The notes beneath the pieces are model-generated. The model saw only the letters and a program-made list of their open reading frames with translations. It was not told where the DNA came from and did no database searches. A DNA stretch of 64,000 nucleotides from Candidatus Woesearchaeota archaeon. GTDB lineage: Archaea > Nanobdellota > Nanobdellia > Woesearchaeales > JACPBV01. Both the position numbers and the translations under genes were made by a program. Location of the stretch: the NCBI GenBank assembly GCA_016188175.1, contig JACPII010000002.1, positions 4,865 through 68,864 of the forward strand, in the 5' to 3' direction. Below are positions 20,357-30,634 of the stretch, piece by piece; position 1 is the first letter of the stretch, and each line of letters opens with the position of its first letter.

Positions 20357-20797
20357 ATGAAGCCAGTCACGTTTGACATAGAAGCGATGCAGTATCTCCA
20401 GCTTTTTGAGCGGTTCGCGGGAGCGCCCGCAAAAGATTGCATCTCCCAGGAGAATCTGCACTTTGACACCGTGCAAGAGCAGCTCCTTTTTGTTGTAGAT
20501 GAGAGATATATCGGGAAGGCAATTGGCCGGCAGGGCGCCAATGTAAAAAAGTTGGAGCAGGCCTTCCGGAAGAAGGTCAGGATTGTTGCTTTCTCCGATG
20601 ACCCCTGCACTTTTATTCAAAACCTGATAGCCCCCCACAGGGTAAAGGGGATTGCCTGCGAAAATGGAGTCGTTACCATCGAAGGCGGGGATACCCAATC
20701 CAAGGCATTGCTTATTGGAAGGGACAGGAGAAGGGTCAACCAGCTCAAAGACATTGTCAGAAGATATTTCCCCATCGAAGAGATAAAGATAATCTGA
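20357..20797 (+). CDS. nusA: Transcription termination/antitermination protein NusA (archaeal, KH domains)
   Basis: KH motifs (IGKAIGRQGANVKKLEQ, LIGRDRRRVNQLKDIV). Conserved position. Confidence 0.85.
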   Translation: MKPVTFDIEAMQYLQLFERFAGAPAKDCISQENLHFDTVQEQLLFVVDERYIGKAIGRQGANVKKLEQAFRKKVRIVAFSDDPCTFIQNLIAPHRVKGIACENGVVTIEGGDTQSKALLIGRDRRRVNQLKDIVRRYFPIEEIKII

Positions 20798-20829
20798 TGA
20801 GAAAAGGTCAGATGATAAAACATACGAGG

Positions 20830-20913
20830 GTTGTTCGTAGCTTGTTTTTCCACGGGAAAAACAAAGCATACTCACGTTGTTCGTAGCTTGTTTTTCCACG
20901 GGAAAAACAAAGC
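20830..20913 (+). repeat. Tandem duplicated 38-bp hairpin unit (GTTGTTCGTAGCTTGTTTTTCCACGGGAAAAACAAAGC x2, 8-bp spacer) between nusA and rps12
   Basis: Copies at 20830-20867 and 20876-20913. Each folds into a ~12-bp stem with a T-rich 5' arm. It is followed by a TATA-like TTTAAAAA at 20915-20922. Confidence 0.85.
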
Positions 20914-20936
20914 TTTAAAAATCAATTGGGAATACT

Positions 20937-21383
20937 TTGGGTTTTATGGGAGGAAAAACACGCGGTTTATTCGGCGGGAAATCTCTCCGGAGAAGGAGGG
21001 CCAAGTCTAGATGGTACAATAAATGGTACACTAGGCGGATGAAGCAGCTTAAGGAGAAGTCAGATCCGCTTGAAGGATCCTCCCAGGCAAGAGGCATTGT
21101 CCTTGAAAAGGTCCAGTTCGAGGCAAAGCAGCCAAACTCCGCTATGCGTAAATGTGTCCGTGTCCAGCTTGTCAAGAATGGCAGGCAGGTTACTGCTTTC
21201 TGCCCGCGCGACGGTGCAACAAAGCTCATCGATGAGCACGATGAAGTCATCGTGGAATGCATCGGCGGCGCGATGGGAAAATCCAAGGGAGACATCCCGG
21301 GTGTCCGTTGGCAGGTCATAAAGGTCAACGACCAAAGCCTGAGGGCATTGCAGAAAGGAATCATCGAAAAAGCAAGAAAGTAA
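20937..21383 (+). CDS. rps12: Ribosomal protein S12 (TTG-called start; first ATG at 20946)
   Basis: KSDPLEG...[14 protein letters not shown]...TAFCP signature. Confidence 0.93.
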   Translation: MGFMGGKTRGLFGGKSLRRRRAKSRWYNKWYTRRMKQLKEKSDPLEGSSQARGIVLEKVQFEAKQPNSAMRKCVRVQLVKNGRQVTAFCPRDGATKLIDEHDEVIVECIGGAMGKSKGDIPGVRWQVIKVNDQSLRALQKGIIEKARK

Positions 21384-21435
21384 AAAATTAGAGAAGCCAA
21401 CTTTTCATACAGCAAAAAAGGAAAAGGAACAAAAA

Positions 21436-22035
21436 ATGAGCGACGTCCTTGCATTCAACCGATGGGATACCAACGGGATCACGGTTGCCGATCCAGGGTT
21501 GGAAAAATATATCACCCTTGATGCAAGGATAATTCCCAAGACAGGTGCCCGATACCATGGGAACAAATTCCACAAGAGCAGGGTCTTCATCATCGAGCGG
21601 CTCATCAACAAGGTCATGATACCGGGCCATAAGACGAAAAAACACTTCAAGACCAGCGGCCATATCACAGGAAAGGCCCACACCGCTTTTAGGCTCGTCG
21701 AATTGACGCTGCGCCAGATCGAGAAGCAGACGAAAGAAAACCCCATCAAGATTTTTGTCAAGGCGTTGGAAAACGCAGCCCCCCGGGAAGAGATCATCAC
21801 CATCGAATATGGCGGAGCCCGTTATCCAAAAGCAGTTGAATGCGCCCCGCAGCGAAGGATTGATGTCGCGCTCCGATTGATGGTCCAGGGAGCCTACCAT
21901 CGCTCCTTCAACAATAAAAAGACGATGGTGGAGTGCCTGACGGAAGAGATCCTGAATGCGTATAACCTCAACCAGGCCTCAAACGCGATTTCAAGGAAGC
22001 TCGAGATAGAACGCCAGGCAGATTCGAGCAGATAG
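21436..22035 (+). CDS. rps7: Ribosomal protein S7
   Basis: Conserved S7 fold sequence, follows S12. Confidence 0.93.
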   Translation: MSDVLAFNRWDTNGITVADPGLEKYITLDARIIPKTGARYHGNKFHKSRVFIIERLINKVMIPGHKTKKHFKTSGHITGKAHTAFRLVELTLRQIEKQTKENPIKIFVKALENAAPREEIITIEYGGARYPKAVECAPQRRIDVALRLMVQGAYHRSFNNKKTMVECLTEEILNAYNLNQASNAISRKLEIERQADSSR

Positions 22036-22144
22036 CTGGTTTCAGGGATAACTTCTTTTGGTTTATCTCTTCTGTTTTGCGAAACAATAATGAGTGCCTA
22101 TGCTTCTCGGAAAATTCAATCTAAGATATAACGCTCAGGTGCAT

Positions 22145-22498
22145 TTATCTTTTTTTCAGAAAATCATTCACCTGCCACAGTTTTCCAGGTCTCTCTCCTG
22201 GTCCGCGGCATCCGCAGGAATCAAAACCAAAACCACTCTTGTATAAAATTTCCACCTTTTTCCATTGTTTTATTTCAGAGAGTTTGGGTGCTTTGAAGTC
22301 ATGACCCATATAATTCATCCTGTCCCCGCATTCAGGGCATATAGCAATAATCTCTCCTGATTTTTCAGAACTTCCAGAATTTGGTCTCCCAAAAGGATGC
22401 AAGGTGTTATAGTCAGTCTCTGTGTCAAGCTTAAACGATTTTCTACATTTAAAACATGCAAAGGGTAATTTGTACTTATGCTCTGCATACCTGCACAT
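22145..22498 (-). CDS. Hypothetical zinc-ribbon protein (CxxC...CPxC pairs)
   Basis: ORF track. Cys pairs at C14/C17 and C54/C57. Convergent with rps7, occupying the place where fusA/tuf would be expected. Confidence 0.45.
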   Translation of the reverse strand: MCRYAEHKYKLPFACFKCRKSFKLDTETDYNTLHPFGRPNSGSSEKSGEIIAICPECGDRMNYMGHDFKAPKLSEIKQWKKVEILYKSGFGFDSCGCRGPGERPGKLWQVNDFLKKR

Positions 22499-22794
22499 GG
22501 TCAGGGGGGATGGAGCATTGTTCTTAAATTATTCTTTTAGGGAGAACACTTGAGACGATAAAGGCTGAGCCTAATGCCTGAAGAGGGCAATAAACAAGGG
22601 ATTATTAGGGTGTGGAACAGTAAACCTATGCACCGAGCCAAAATAAGTTATGCCGCATCACGGTTAGCCCGTAAGCAGTGTTTATTCGGGGATTATTAGC
22701 AAAATTTATATATAAGCAATTTTATTAATATAATAATAAGCTACTTAATAAGTATAATCTAAAAATTGATCGACAGACAGTAAGTTCCGATAAA

Positions 22795-23001
22795 ATGGAA
22801 AAGATAGAGCTAAAACGGAAACTCTACAAAAGAGGGAGCAGCTTCGAGACAACGATACCCATGCCCCTCCTTTTTGCCATCGAAAAGAAGGCAAAGCATT
22901 ATGTCATCTTTTCTTACGACGACCAGACAAACCGCTGGTACATCAAATTTGAAAAAGTTGAAAAAGAGAGCGTCGAAGACACGATAAGCCAACATGTATG
23001 A
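22795..23001 (+). CDS. Small AbrB/SpoVT/MazE-type swapped-hairpin DNA-binding protein
   Basis: RKLYKRGSSFETTIPMPL resembles the k.GnS..vtIP motif. Overlaps the start of the P-type ATPase gene. Confidence 0.5.
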   Translation: MEKIELKRKLYKRGSSFETTIPMPLLFAIEKKAKHYVIFSYDDQTNRWYIKFEKVEKESVEDTISQHV

Positions 23002-25798
23002 TAAACCATTGAGGGAGGTTTTTTCCCTCCTGAAAACTAGCGAAAGGGGCATTTCCCAGAAGGAGGCAGAGCTTCGTATAGAAACCTATGGAAAAAATCT
23101 GTTGAAGGAAAAGAAAAAAGAATCTCCGTTCTGGCTTTTCCTCAGGCAGTTCAACAGCGGCGTTGTGTACATCCTTATGGGGGCGCTGGTGATTTCCCTC
23201 ATCCTTCCTTTCTATGAAAAACAAGCTTCCCAAGTGGCCGCTGCGGATTTCATCGACGCGATTGTCATTGCAGCGATCCTCATCCTCAACGCAGCCCTCG
23301 GATTCATCCAGGAATATCGGGCAGAGAAAGCCATTGAAGCGCTGAAAAAATTGTCATCGCCGCGGGCAAAAGTCATCCGAGATGGCAAAGAAAAGATTAT
23401 TGATGCATCAGATATCGTTCCAGGTGATGTTCTCCTGCTCGAAGAGGGAGAAAAAATTCCTGCTGATGCAAGGATTTTCGAGTCGATCGAGCTTGAGACT
23501 CAGGAAGCTGCATTGACGGGGGAGTCAACACCTGTCGAAAAGACACCCGGATCAGTCCACATAACTGCAGGAGTTGCCGACCGGTCAAATATGGTCCACG
23601 CCGGAACTATCATCACCAGGGGGAAGGGAAAGGCTGTTGTTTCTGCGACCGGGATGAGCACTGAAATCGGGAAGATTGCAGAGCTTATGCAGATGACTGA
23701 AGAGATAAAAACTCCCCTGCAGGAAAAGCTCCAGCACCTCGGAAAGCAGCTCGGCATCATTGTTGTCTTTATTGCGCTCATGGTCTTTATCACCGGCTAC
23801 CTCAAGGGCCAATTCAAGCCGGTTGACCTTCTTTTGGCAAGCGTAGCGATTGCGGTTGCAGCAGTCCCTGAGGGCCTTCCCGCCGTTGTTACAATCTCTC
23901 TCGCGCTCGGCGTCAAGAGGATGGTAAAGCGCAATGCACTCGTAAGAAAACTTCCCTCCGTCGAGACCCTCGGCTCAACATCGGTTATTTGCACCGATAA
24001 GACAGGAACATTGACCTGCAACCAGATGACGGTAAAAAAGTTGTTTGCCAACGGCCGGATCATAGACGTTAGCGGAGAAGGATATTCCATAAAAGGCATG
24101 TTTTCCCACAACAACAAGCCCATCGACAAAAAAAGTATCAAGACCCTCCTCGAAATTGGATCGCTTACTAACAATGCAAAGATAGACGGGAACGAATTCC
24201 TTGGAGACCCTACGGAAATTGCCCTGTTGATATCGGCAGAAAAAGCCGGCATGGCAAAAGCCGGCCTGGAAAAACACTACCCCCGATTAGGCGAGCTCCC
24301 GTTCAACTCCCAAAGGAAGGCGATGGCAACCGTCCACAAACGAGGGGGAAAATATGTCACTTATGTGAAAGGGGCACCCGACGTTATCCTCAAGGGCTGT
24401 ACCAGATTGCTGATGGACAACAAAGTGAAGGTGCTGACTCAGGAAGAGAAAATGAATCTGCTCAGTATAAATGAAGCATTTGCAGGAAATGCCCTGCGCG
24501 TTTTAGGGTTTGCCTACAAAGAAGGGAAAGAGGCAGCATTGCAGGGCATGACTTTTGTTGGGCTTCAGGCGATGATCGATCCCCCGCGCCCCGAGGTTAA
24601 AGAGGCGATTGCAACATGTAAAAAAGCAGGCATCCGTGTCATCATGATAACCGGAGACCACTGCGGGACAGCAAAAGCCATTGCAGAAGAGCTCGGCATC
24701 GAAGGGAGCGCAATAACCGGGGAAGAGCTTGAACGGATGGATGACCTTGACGAGCAAATCTCCAGGATTGGCATCTTCGCGAGGGTCAATCCCGAGCATA
24801 AAACAAGGATTGTGGATGCATTAAGGAAACGCGGCCACGTCATCGCCATGACAGGCGACGGTGTCAATGATGCTCCTGCAATAAAAAATGCAGATATCGG
24901 TATTTCGATGGGCATCATGGGGACCGATGTGGCGAAGGAAGCATCAGACATGATATTGACCGATGATAACTTCGCTTCCATAGTCCATGCAGTCGAGGAA
25001 GGCCGCGGGATTTACGCCAATATCAAAAAATTTGTCACCTACCTGTTAAGTTCAAATCTTGGCGAAGTCCTCACCTTGTTTGTCGCGATAATATTTTCTG
25101 CATTTTTCCACAATGGCCTTCCCCTTCTTGCCGTCCAGATACTTTGGATAAACCTGGTTACTGACGGGCTTCCCGCCCTTGCATTAAGCGTGGACCCGAC
25201 GGACCCTGATATCATGAACCATAAGCCCAGGCAAAAACACGAGCGCATCATTGGGAAGGGCACGTTGGCGACGATTGTCTTGGTCGGCGTCATCATGATG
25301 CTGGGAACGTTGGGCACCTTTAAGTTCGCGATGGGCAATCCGCAATCCATTGCATTTTCAGGCCATCCTGTTTTGGAAGATTGGCAGTTTGAAGGATCCT
25401 TCCGCTCATTTTTAGCTGATGGCCAACCGGAAGAGAACAAAAATTCACAGGACGTTAGCTTAACCGCGCCAGGCCGATTAGAACTGAAAAAAGAGCACCT
25501 CCTCAAATACCCCCAGACGATGGCTTTCACCGTCCTTATGATGTTCCAGATGTTCAACGTCCTCAACTGCCAGACAGAAAAAAAGCCCATCTTAAAAAGA
25601 GGCTTGTTCACCAATCCCTGGCTTTGGCTGGCAATCGGGACCTCCATTGTTCTCCAGCTTGTTGTGATATACACCCCGCTCAGCGCATTTTTCCGGACAG
25701 TTCCCCTTTCCCTGAAAGACTGGGGGATTGTCATCGCAGTCTCCTCAACCGTCTTGGCCATTACCGAGCTCGTAAAGCTGGTGAGAAATAGGAAATGA
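22994..25798 (+). CDS. Cation-transporting P-type ATPase (P2-type, Ca2+/Mg2+-like)
   Basis: DKTGTLT phosphorylation motif, TGDGVNDAPAIKNADIGISMG hinge, 10 TM layout. Confidence 0.9.
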   Translation: MYDKPLREVFSLLKTSERGISQKEAELRIETYGKNLLKEKKKESPFWLFLRQFNSGVVYILMGALVISLILPFYEKQASQVAAADFIDAIVIAAILILNAALGFIQEYRAEKAIEALKKLSSPRAKVIRDGKEKIIDASDIVPGDVLLLEEGEKIPADARIFESIELETQEAALTGESTPVEKTPGSVHITAGVADRSNMVHAGTIITRGKGKAVVSATGMSTEIGKIAELMQMTEEIKTPLQEKLQHLGKQLGIIVVFIALMVFITGYLKGQFKPVDLLLASVAIAVAAVPEGLPAVVTISLALGVKRMVKRNALVRKLPSVETLGSTSVICTDKTGTLTCNQMTVKKLFANGRIIDVSGEGYSIKGMFSHNNKPIDKKSIKTLLEIGSLTNNAKIDGNEFLGDPTEIALLISAEKAGMAKAGLEKHYPRLGELPFNSQRKAMATVHKRGGKYVTYVKGAPDVILKGCTRLLMDNKVKVLTQEEKMNLLSINEAFAGNALRVLGFAYKEGKEAALQGMTFVGLQAMIDPPRPEVKEAIATCKKAGIRVIMITGDHCGTAKAIAEELGIEGSAITGEELERMDDLDEQISRIGIFARVNPEHKTRIVDALRKRGHVIAMTGDGVNDAPAIKNADIGISMGIMGTDVAKEASDMILTDDNFASIVHAVEEGRGIYANIKKFVTYLLSSNLGEVLTLFVAIIFSAFFHNGLPLLAVQILWINLVTDGLPALALSVDPTDPDIMNHKPRQKHERIIGKGTLATIVLVGVIMMLGTLGTFKFAMGNPQSIAFSGHPVLEDWQFEGSFRSFLADGQPEENKNSQDVSLTAPGRLELKKEHLLKYPQTMAFTVLMMFQMFNVLNCQTEKKPILKRGLFTNPWLWLAIGTSIVLQLVVIYTPLSAFFRTVPLSLKDWGIVIAVSSTVLAITELVKLVRNRK

Positions 25799-25944
25799 TC
25801 TATAGCTTGAACACAAATAATTGGCCAAAATATTTTGTGTTCTCTGGAAGAGTCGCGCGATAGGTATTGCTCAATTATTAATTCCGCCACTATATAAAGG
25901 AAAAGACAGGTAACACACCCTAATTCCTAAAAGGAGCCAAGAAA

Positions 25945-26901
25945 ATGCTCAAAACCATCCTCTCGCTGAATCCGATAGTATTCCATTCCCTCATTGTCAT
26001 TGCAAGCCTCATCGTCCTTGCAAAATCAGCCCATTACATTGTCCTGGGCATCAGCAACTATGCAAGAAAAATCGGGGTTTCCGATTATTTGATTGGCCTC
26101 CTGGTCATTTCAGTCGGAACAGCAGTCCCCGAGCTTGTTGCATCGATCACCGGGGCATCCATCGGCCAGGGTGGCATTGTTTTTGGAACTATCCTTGGTT
26201 CGAGCCTGTTTAAGATACCCCTCCTCGGCCTCGTCCTGATTATCGCAAGAAAAGTGACCATTGACAGGGAAGTGAAAACTAACCCCCCGATTCTTTCTTT
26301 TGTCGGGACGATGCTCCCGTTTGCCCTCATTCTCGATGGGGTTCTTTCAAGGGCTGACGGGATTCTTCTGCTGATGGTGTTTCTCTGGTATTGTTACAGG
26401 CTCTGGACAGCAGAAAAAAAGTTCGGAAAGCTCAAGAGCAATGTCCCCTTCCGCATCATCTGGAAAGACGCATTGATCTTCCTCATCGCCCTTGCCGCGC
26501 TCCTGCTCTCCGCCCGGTGGCTTGTTTTTTCATCAATGGTCATGTCTGATTATTTCGGGATCTCCCCTTTCCTTGTCGGCCTGATTGTCATCGGCATCGG
26601 GGCATCTGCTCCCGAGCTCCTTGTCCAGATAACATCGATCAGGAAAAAGCACAACGACATCGCGTTTGGAAATGCAGTTGGTTCCTTGGTTGCAAATTCG
26701 GCATTTGCCCTGGGCATTGCCCCGCTCGTGAAGCCTATCGCCATCGAGCCTTTGTCCCTCCTCTCGACCGGCATTTTTTTCCTTCTTGGAACGGTCGCCG
26801 TCATCTACCTCATGGAAAGGAAGGAAGTGAATTGGAGGCATGGGATAGCGCTTATTCTGTTGTACATCACATTTTTAGGGATAGAACTTGCTGTCGGATA
26901 A
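25945..26901 (+). CDS. Ca2+/cation antiporter (CaCA family, YrbG/NCX-like)
   Basis: Two alpha-repeat motifs (GTAVPELVASITGA and GASAPELLVQITS). SD-like AAAGGAG 8 nt upstream of the ATG. Confidence 0.85.
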   Translation: MLKTILSLNPIVFHSLIVIASLIVLAKSAHYIVLGISNYARKIGVSDYLIGLLVISVGTAVPELVASITGASIGQGGIVFGTILGSSLFKIPLLGLVLIIARKVTIDREVKTNPPILSFVGTMLPFALILDGVLSRADGILLLMVFLWYCYRLWTAEKKFGKLKSNVPFRIIWKDALIFLIALAALLLSARWLVFSSMVMSDYFGISPFLVGLIVIGIGASAPELLVQITSIRKKHNDIAFGNAVGSLVANSAFALGIAPLVKPIAIEPLSLLSTGIFFLLGTVAVIYLMERKEVNWRHGIALILLYITFLGIELAVG

Positions 26902-26916
26902 CTGTTTGTAAACTGG

Positions 26917-28722
26917 TTACGGAACTGGTATCCCGAAGGGAACCATAGCAACATCCCTCAGGTCAATTGAAATTTCCAATGGACTCACAGAAATCCCATG
27001 TTTAATTGCAAATGGGGTTGGGTTGCCGAAAGGGGTTACTTCAAGTTTTCTTTCTAGTGAGCCTTTTATAAGGTCCAAAGGAAGTGCCAAGGTATCTCCT
27101 TGCTGATATATCTTTCCTGTCGAGGGAACCAGAATCCTTACTGGTGGCTTGATATATTTCTGAACTTCCTCATAAAACCCGGGAACAAAAGAAACATAAA
27201 CCCAGTCTCCTGAGATAGATGAATTTTCAATGATCCTATCGGTTAAGTCCACCTTTAACCAATAAAAGAAGTCCCCCCCTGAAGGTTCTCCCCTTGGAAA
27301 TGCTCGAAAAGCAACCCGGTGTCCATTGATATTTCCGATTGTTCCCGCAAGAGGAACGTCCCGGGTTATACCCCCCTCGCCCTTAAATGAAAAAATTCTC
27401 CTTTCCCAGTCAAAATATTGGAACACAACTTTACCAATGTCTTTTATATTATAGGTTGACCCTGCGGCAACCTCCCCCTGGGATTCAAACCCAGCCCTAA
27501 AATTATAGGGGTCACCTAATTTGAATAATCCTTCAGCAAATAATTTTAAAATGGCCCTCTTGTTCTCGACGGGCAAGCCGCCACTCGAAGCCCCTTCACT
27601 GCTCTCTGCCGGAATACCGGGTTGAGCGGGAATGGTATCCCTCCCCGGAATAAATGGGACTGATGGATAGCGGGGACTAGCGTCCCTTGGGGAAGATGAA
27701 CGGGAAGGGAAAGGGCCTGCTCTATTTCCAAGGTTACCAACAAAGTAGATAATCCCGCTCAACACGACAGCAGCCGTAACCCCATAACCTATGATCCGCG
27801 GAATCTTTGAACCTCGCCCTCCTTTAGCAAGAGGATACAAACCAGTCTTTGCTCGACTGCCATTTCCCCCCGGGGAAATTTCTGCAGGGAGATATAACCC
27901 TCGCCCATAATCGAGAACTGTCCCCCTAAAAATGGAAATATCTTCCAGGGCTAAAGGTTTTGCTGCCGTTCCAGTAAGAATAGAACCAACCTTTTCTTCG
28001 ATGGTCGCAGGCAAAAGATAGTTTGCGATCGAGGCAAGCTCTTTTTGTGATTTACCCAAATCAACTACAAGGTTACCCATCTCCTTTAGTTTTTCATGCT
28101 TGGCTCTTTCGTAACTCCCCCTTAAATGATTAACAACATCACCGCTTGCGGGTTTTCCAAAAAGCGATTTTGGAAGCACAAACGGTGCATCAATTACCCC
28201 CTCCAAATCAGAAATCCTTTCCTCAACTTTGCTTACATGCCTTCCAAGCTCCTGTCCACGCTCAAAATTTGTTCGCAGGCTTTCCTGATATTCGTAAAGT
28301 TGATGATAACCAGAAACAACCCCATCCAGATAATTATCCCCCGTTACAACCCGCCCGTCGGTCAGAAGGGTGATAAACGGGCTCGGAATTCTTTCCACGG
28401 AACAAATCTCCTGTGCGGAAAGTGTAATTCTCCCATCTGCATTTACAGGAACAAACACATAACTTTTTTCCAACTCATCCTCAAGAGAAATTATCCTGCA
28501 CCCTAATTCAACCGAGGTCAACTTGCTTCTCAAAAAATCCAGACCGATGGTTTTTGGCACCCCTAACCCCGGGGCGGCATATTCTTGTGAAAATGCCTGA
28601 TGAAATCTGTTCAACGCTTCCCGGGAGAGTGTTCCCTGGCGCGCATCCCCGGTTGTTCCGCCATCATCATGGAAAATCCCCCGAAAGGATTCCTTAAGAA
28701 TTTTGCTCGTTGTATTAACCAT
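26917..28722 (-). CDS. Hypothetical single-pass membrane protein (start taken at MVNTTSK, since a TATA box lies ~25 nt upstream; the longest ORF runs to 28830)
   Basis: ORF track. Central TM IIGYGVTAAVVLSGIIYFVGNL. Divergent from the methyltransferase gene. Confidence 0.55.
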   Translation of the reverse strand: MVNTTSKILKESFRGIFHDDGGTTGDARQGTLSREALNRFHQAFSQEYAAPGLGVPKTIGLDFLRSKLTSVELGCRIISLEDELEKSYVFVPVNADGRITLSAQEICSVERIPSPFITLLTDGRVVTGDNYLDGVVSGYHQLYEYQESLRTNFERGQELGRHVSKVEERISDLEGVIDAPFVLPKSLFGKPASGDVVNHLRGSYERAKHEKLKEMGNLVVDLGKSQKELASIANYLLPATIEEKVGSILTGTAAKPLALEDISIFRGTVLDYGRGLYLPAEISPGGNGSRAKTGLYPLAKGGRGSKIPRIIGYGVTAAVVLSGIIYFVGNLGNRAGPFPSRSSSPRDASPRYPSVPFIPGRDTIPAQPGIPAESSEGASSGGLPVENKRAILKLFAEGLFKLGDPYNFRAGFESQGEVAAGSTYNIKDIGKVVFQYFDWERRIFSFKGEGGITRDVPLAGTIGNINGHRVAFRAFPRGEPSGGDFFYWLKVDLTDRIIENSSISGDWVYVSFVPGFYEEVQKYIKPPVRILVPSTGKIYQQGDTLALPLDLIKGSLERKLEVTPFGNPTPFAIKHGISVSPLEISIDLRDVAMVPFGIPVP

Positions 28723-28814
28723 TAATAAGTAGTCAATTGCACCCCATTTAAAAACCTTTGGTAAGTTTAAACCCGCACACAACCTATAAAAGAAGCACCC
28801 AACCCACCAGCAGT

Positions 28815-29753
28815 ATGGACGACCCACCAACTTTCAAGCCAGGGTTTATCGGGCGCTATCAAAAACTTACCGATTGGGAAAAATTCAGGGAAATATCCCT
28901 CACCTACTTAAGGCGCTCCATCAGGGTAAACACCTTAAAAATCAATATCCCCGATCTAAAACGCCGCCTTGAAAAAAAAAGCTGGTTCCTGACACCGATC
29001 CCCTGGTGCAAAGAAGGGTTTTGGGTAGAGCATCAGGAAGGCCGGAGAGATATCGGGAACACCGTCGAACACCAGCTCGGCTATTATTTTGTCCAGGAAG
29101 CTGCTTCCATGATTCCGCCCCTGGTCCTTGATCCTCAGCCCGGAGAAATCAATCTTGATATGTGCGCTGCACCCGGAGCGAAGACATCACAAATCGCCCA
29201 ATTGATGAAAAACAAAGGCATTCTCATCGCCAATGATTACAAGGGAGAACGCCTCCAGCCGTTGGGAATTAACCTCCAGAAGATGGGCCTCACCAATGCA
29301 GTTATAACCCTTATGGAAGGAAGGTATTTCATAAAGTCAGGTATCCACTTTGACAGGGTTTTGGTCGACGCACCCTGTTCAGGCACAGGGAACATCCGCC
29401 GCTCCTACAAGACTATCCAGATCTGGAATCCTGACGCCATCAGGAGGCTGGCAGGCCAGCAGAAAACTTTGATCGAGACAGGATTCTCGATTCTGAAAGA
29501 GCAAGGCACCCTTGTCTATTCAACCTGCAGCCTCGAGCCCGAAGAAGACGAGGGCGTAATTGATTTCTTGTTGTCAAGGCACAAAAATGCAAGACTGGAA
29601 GAAGTAAATCTTCCTGGCTTGAAGAAAAGCCCGGCCATCCTTGAATTTGAAGGGAAAACCTACAATCCGGAAATAAGGAAATGCCTGCGCATCTGGCCCC
29701 AAGATAACGATACCGAAGGGTTTTTTGTTGCGAAGATTATAAAACATCAATAG
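28815..29753 (+). CDS. RNA (tRNA/rRNA) cytosine-C5 methyltransferase, NOL1/NOP2/Sun family
   Basis: SAM motif DMCAAPGAKT, catalytic DAPCSGTG and TCS. TATAAAAG 25 nt upstream of ATG 28815 (leaderless). Confidence 0.85.
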   Translation: MDDPPTFKPGFIGRYQKLTDWEKFREISLTYLRRSIRVNTLKINIPDLKRRLEKKSWFLTPIPWCKEGFWVEHQEGRRDIGNTVEHQLGYYFVQEAASMIPPLVLDPQPGEINLDMCAAPGAKTSQIAQLMKNKGILIANDYKGERLQPLGINLQKMGLTNAVITLMEGRYFIKSGIHFDRVLVDAPCSGTGNIRRSYKTIQIWNPDAIRRLAGQQKTLIETGFSILKEQGTLVYSTCSLEPEEDEGVIDFLLSRHKNARLEEVNLPGLKKSPAILEFEGKTYNPEIRKCLRIWPQDNDTEGFFVAKIIKHQ

Positions 29754-29763
29754 CAAAAAGAAC

Positions 29764-29995
29764 GTAATTAGTCAGGAGCCTGAAGTTTTGGTTTTGACAT
29801 TCCTATTTATCCGGTCGGGAAACCCAACAACAATGGCGAGGCGAGGTCGGGGCCGCCCTCCTCCTGCAAGGCAGGAACGCTAGATTCTCCTCCGTCCGAA
29901 GGACCGGGCTCACCCCTCCGGGGTGACCGAGCAGGGCAAATCCGAGCGAAGCGAGGATTTGACCGTCGAGCCCATTGTTGTTGTTGTTGGGTTTC
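29764..29995 (+). repeat. Repeat family E copy 1. Structured ~200 bp element with an internal TIR pair (CGGGAAACCCAACAACAATGGC / GCCATTGTTGTTGTTGTTGGGTTTC) and four internal hairpins. Left border of the island.
   Basis: 29764-29961 is ~95% identical to 41338-41543 in direct orientation. Confidence 0.8.
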
Positions 29996-30073
29996 TTGGT
30001 TAAGCCAATTCAGCCGGCTAACCTATTACAAAAGAACAATAACTATAAATATACTCAGCGATTACTTTTGACG

Positions 30074-30634
30074 ATGGAAAGGGGAGTAAGTGACCTTAAC
30101 ATTCTGGAAAAATTTGCCTTGGAATTTACACATATTGTTGAGCAATACGGCAGGTATATCATCGTATCCGGTTTTGTCGCTATCGTGCATGGGCGTTCCC
30201 GTGCTACGGAGGACATTGACATGATTCTGGAAAGGATAAGCAAGGAAAAGTTTGTCCAGCTCCACGCCCATCTTGAAAAAGAGGGATTTGAATGCATTCA
30301 GGGCGAAAATCCTGTGATGCTGTATGATGAATATCTTGCGCAAAATACCCCCCTTAGGTATATCAGGAAAGGAATGCCTTTGCCAGATATGGAGATCAAG
30401 CTTGCAAAAGATAAGCTGGATGAGCTGCAGTTGCAGGAACGCACAAAATTGCCGATGACAAACCTGCCTTTTTGGTTTTCCAGCATCGAAACCAATATTG
30501 CGTTCAAAGAAGAGTATCTGAAATCGCCGAAGGATTTGGAGGATGCAAGGCATCTCAGGGTGTTATACGAGGGCATTCTCAATGAAGAACAGATTAATAG
30601 ATGGAAAGTGCTGATCAAAAAGGTGAGGCTGTAA
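30074..30634 (+). CDS. Nucleotidyltransferase-fold protein (Pol-beta superfamily-like). Start taken at MERGVSDL. The longest ORF starts inside repeat E at 29975.
   Basis: YIIVSGFVAIVHGRSRATEDIDMIL resembles the NTase hG[GS]x9-13Dh[DE]h motif. Confidence 0.5.
   Translation: MERGVSDLNILEKFALEFTHIVEQYGRYIIVSGFVAIVHGRSRATEDIDMILERISKEKFVQLHAHLEKEGFECIQGENPVMLYDEYLAQNTPLRYIRKGMPLPDMEIKLAKDKLDELQLQERTKLPMTNLPFWFSSIETNIAFKEEYLKSPKDLEDARHLRVLYEGILNEEQINRWKVLIKKVRL

Noticed and set aside
19546-20610. 354-aa minus-strand ORF spanning rpoA''/L30e/nusA
   Set aside because: It crosses three conserved genes on the opposite strand, which is not plausible as coding.
29975-30073. N-terminal 33 aa of the ORF 29975-30634 and the first 14 aa of the ORF 44580-44801
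   Set aside because: Both putative starts fall inside repeat elements (E1 and MITE copy C). Internal ATGs just outside the elements (30074, 44622) are more plausible starts.
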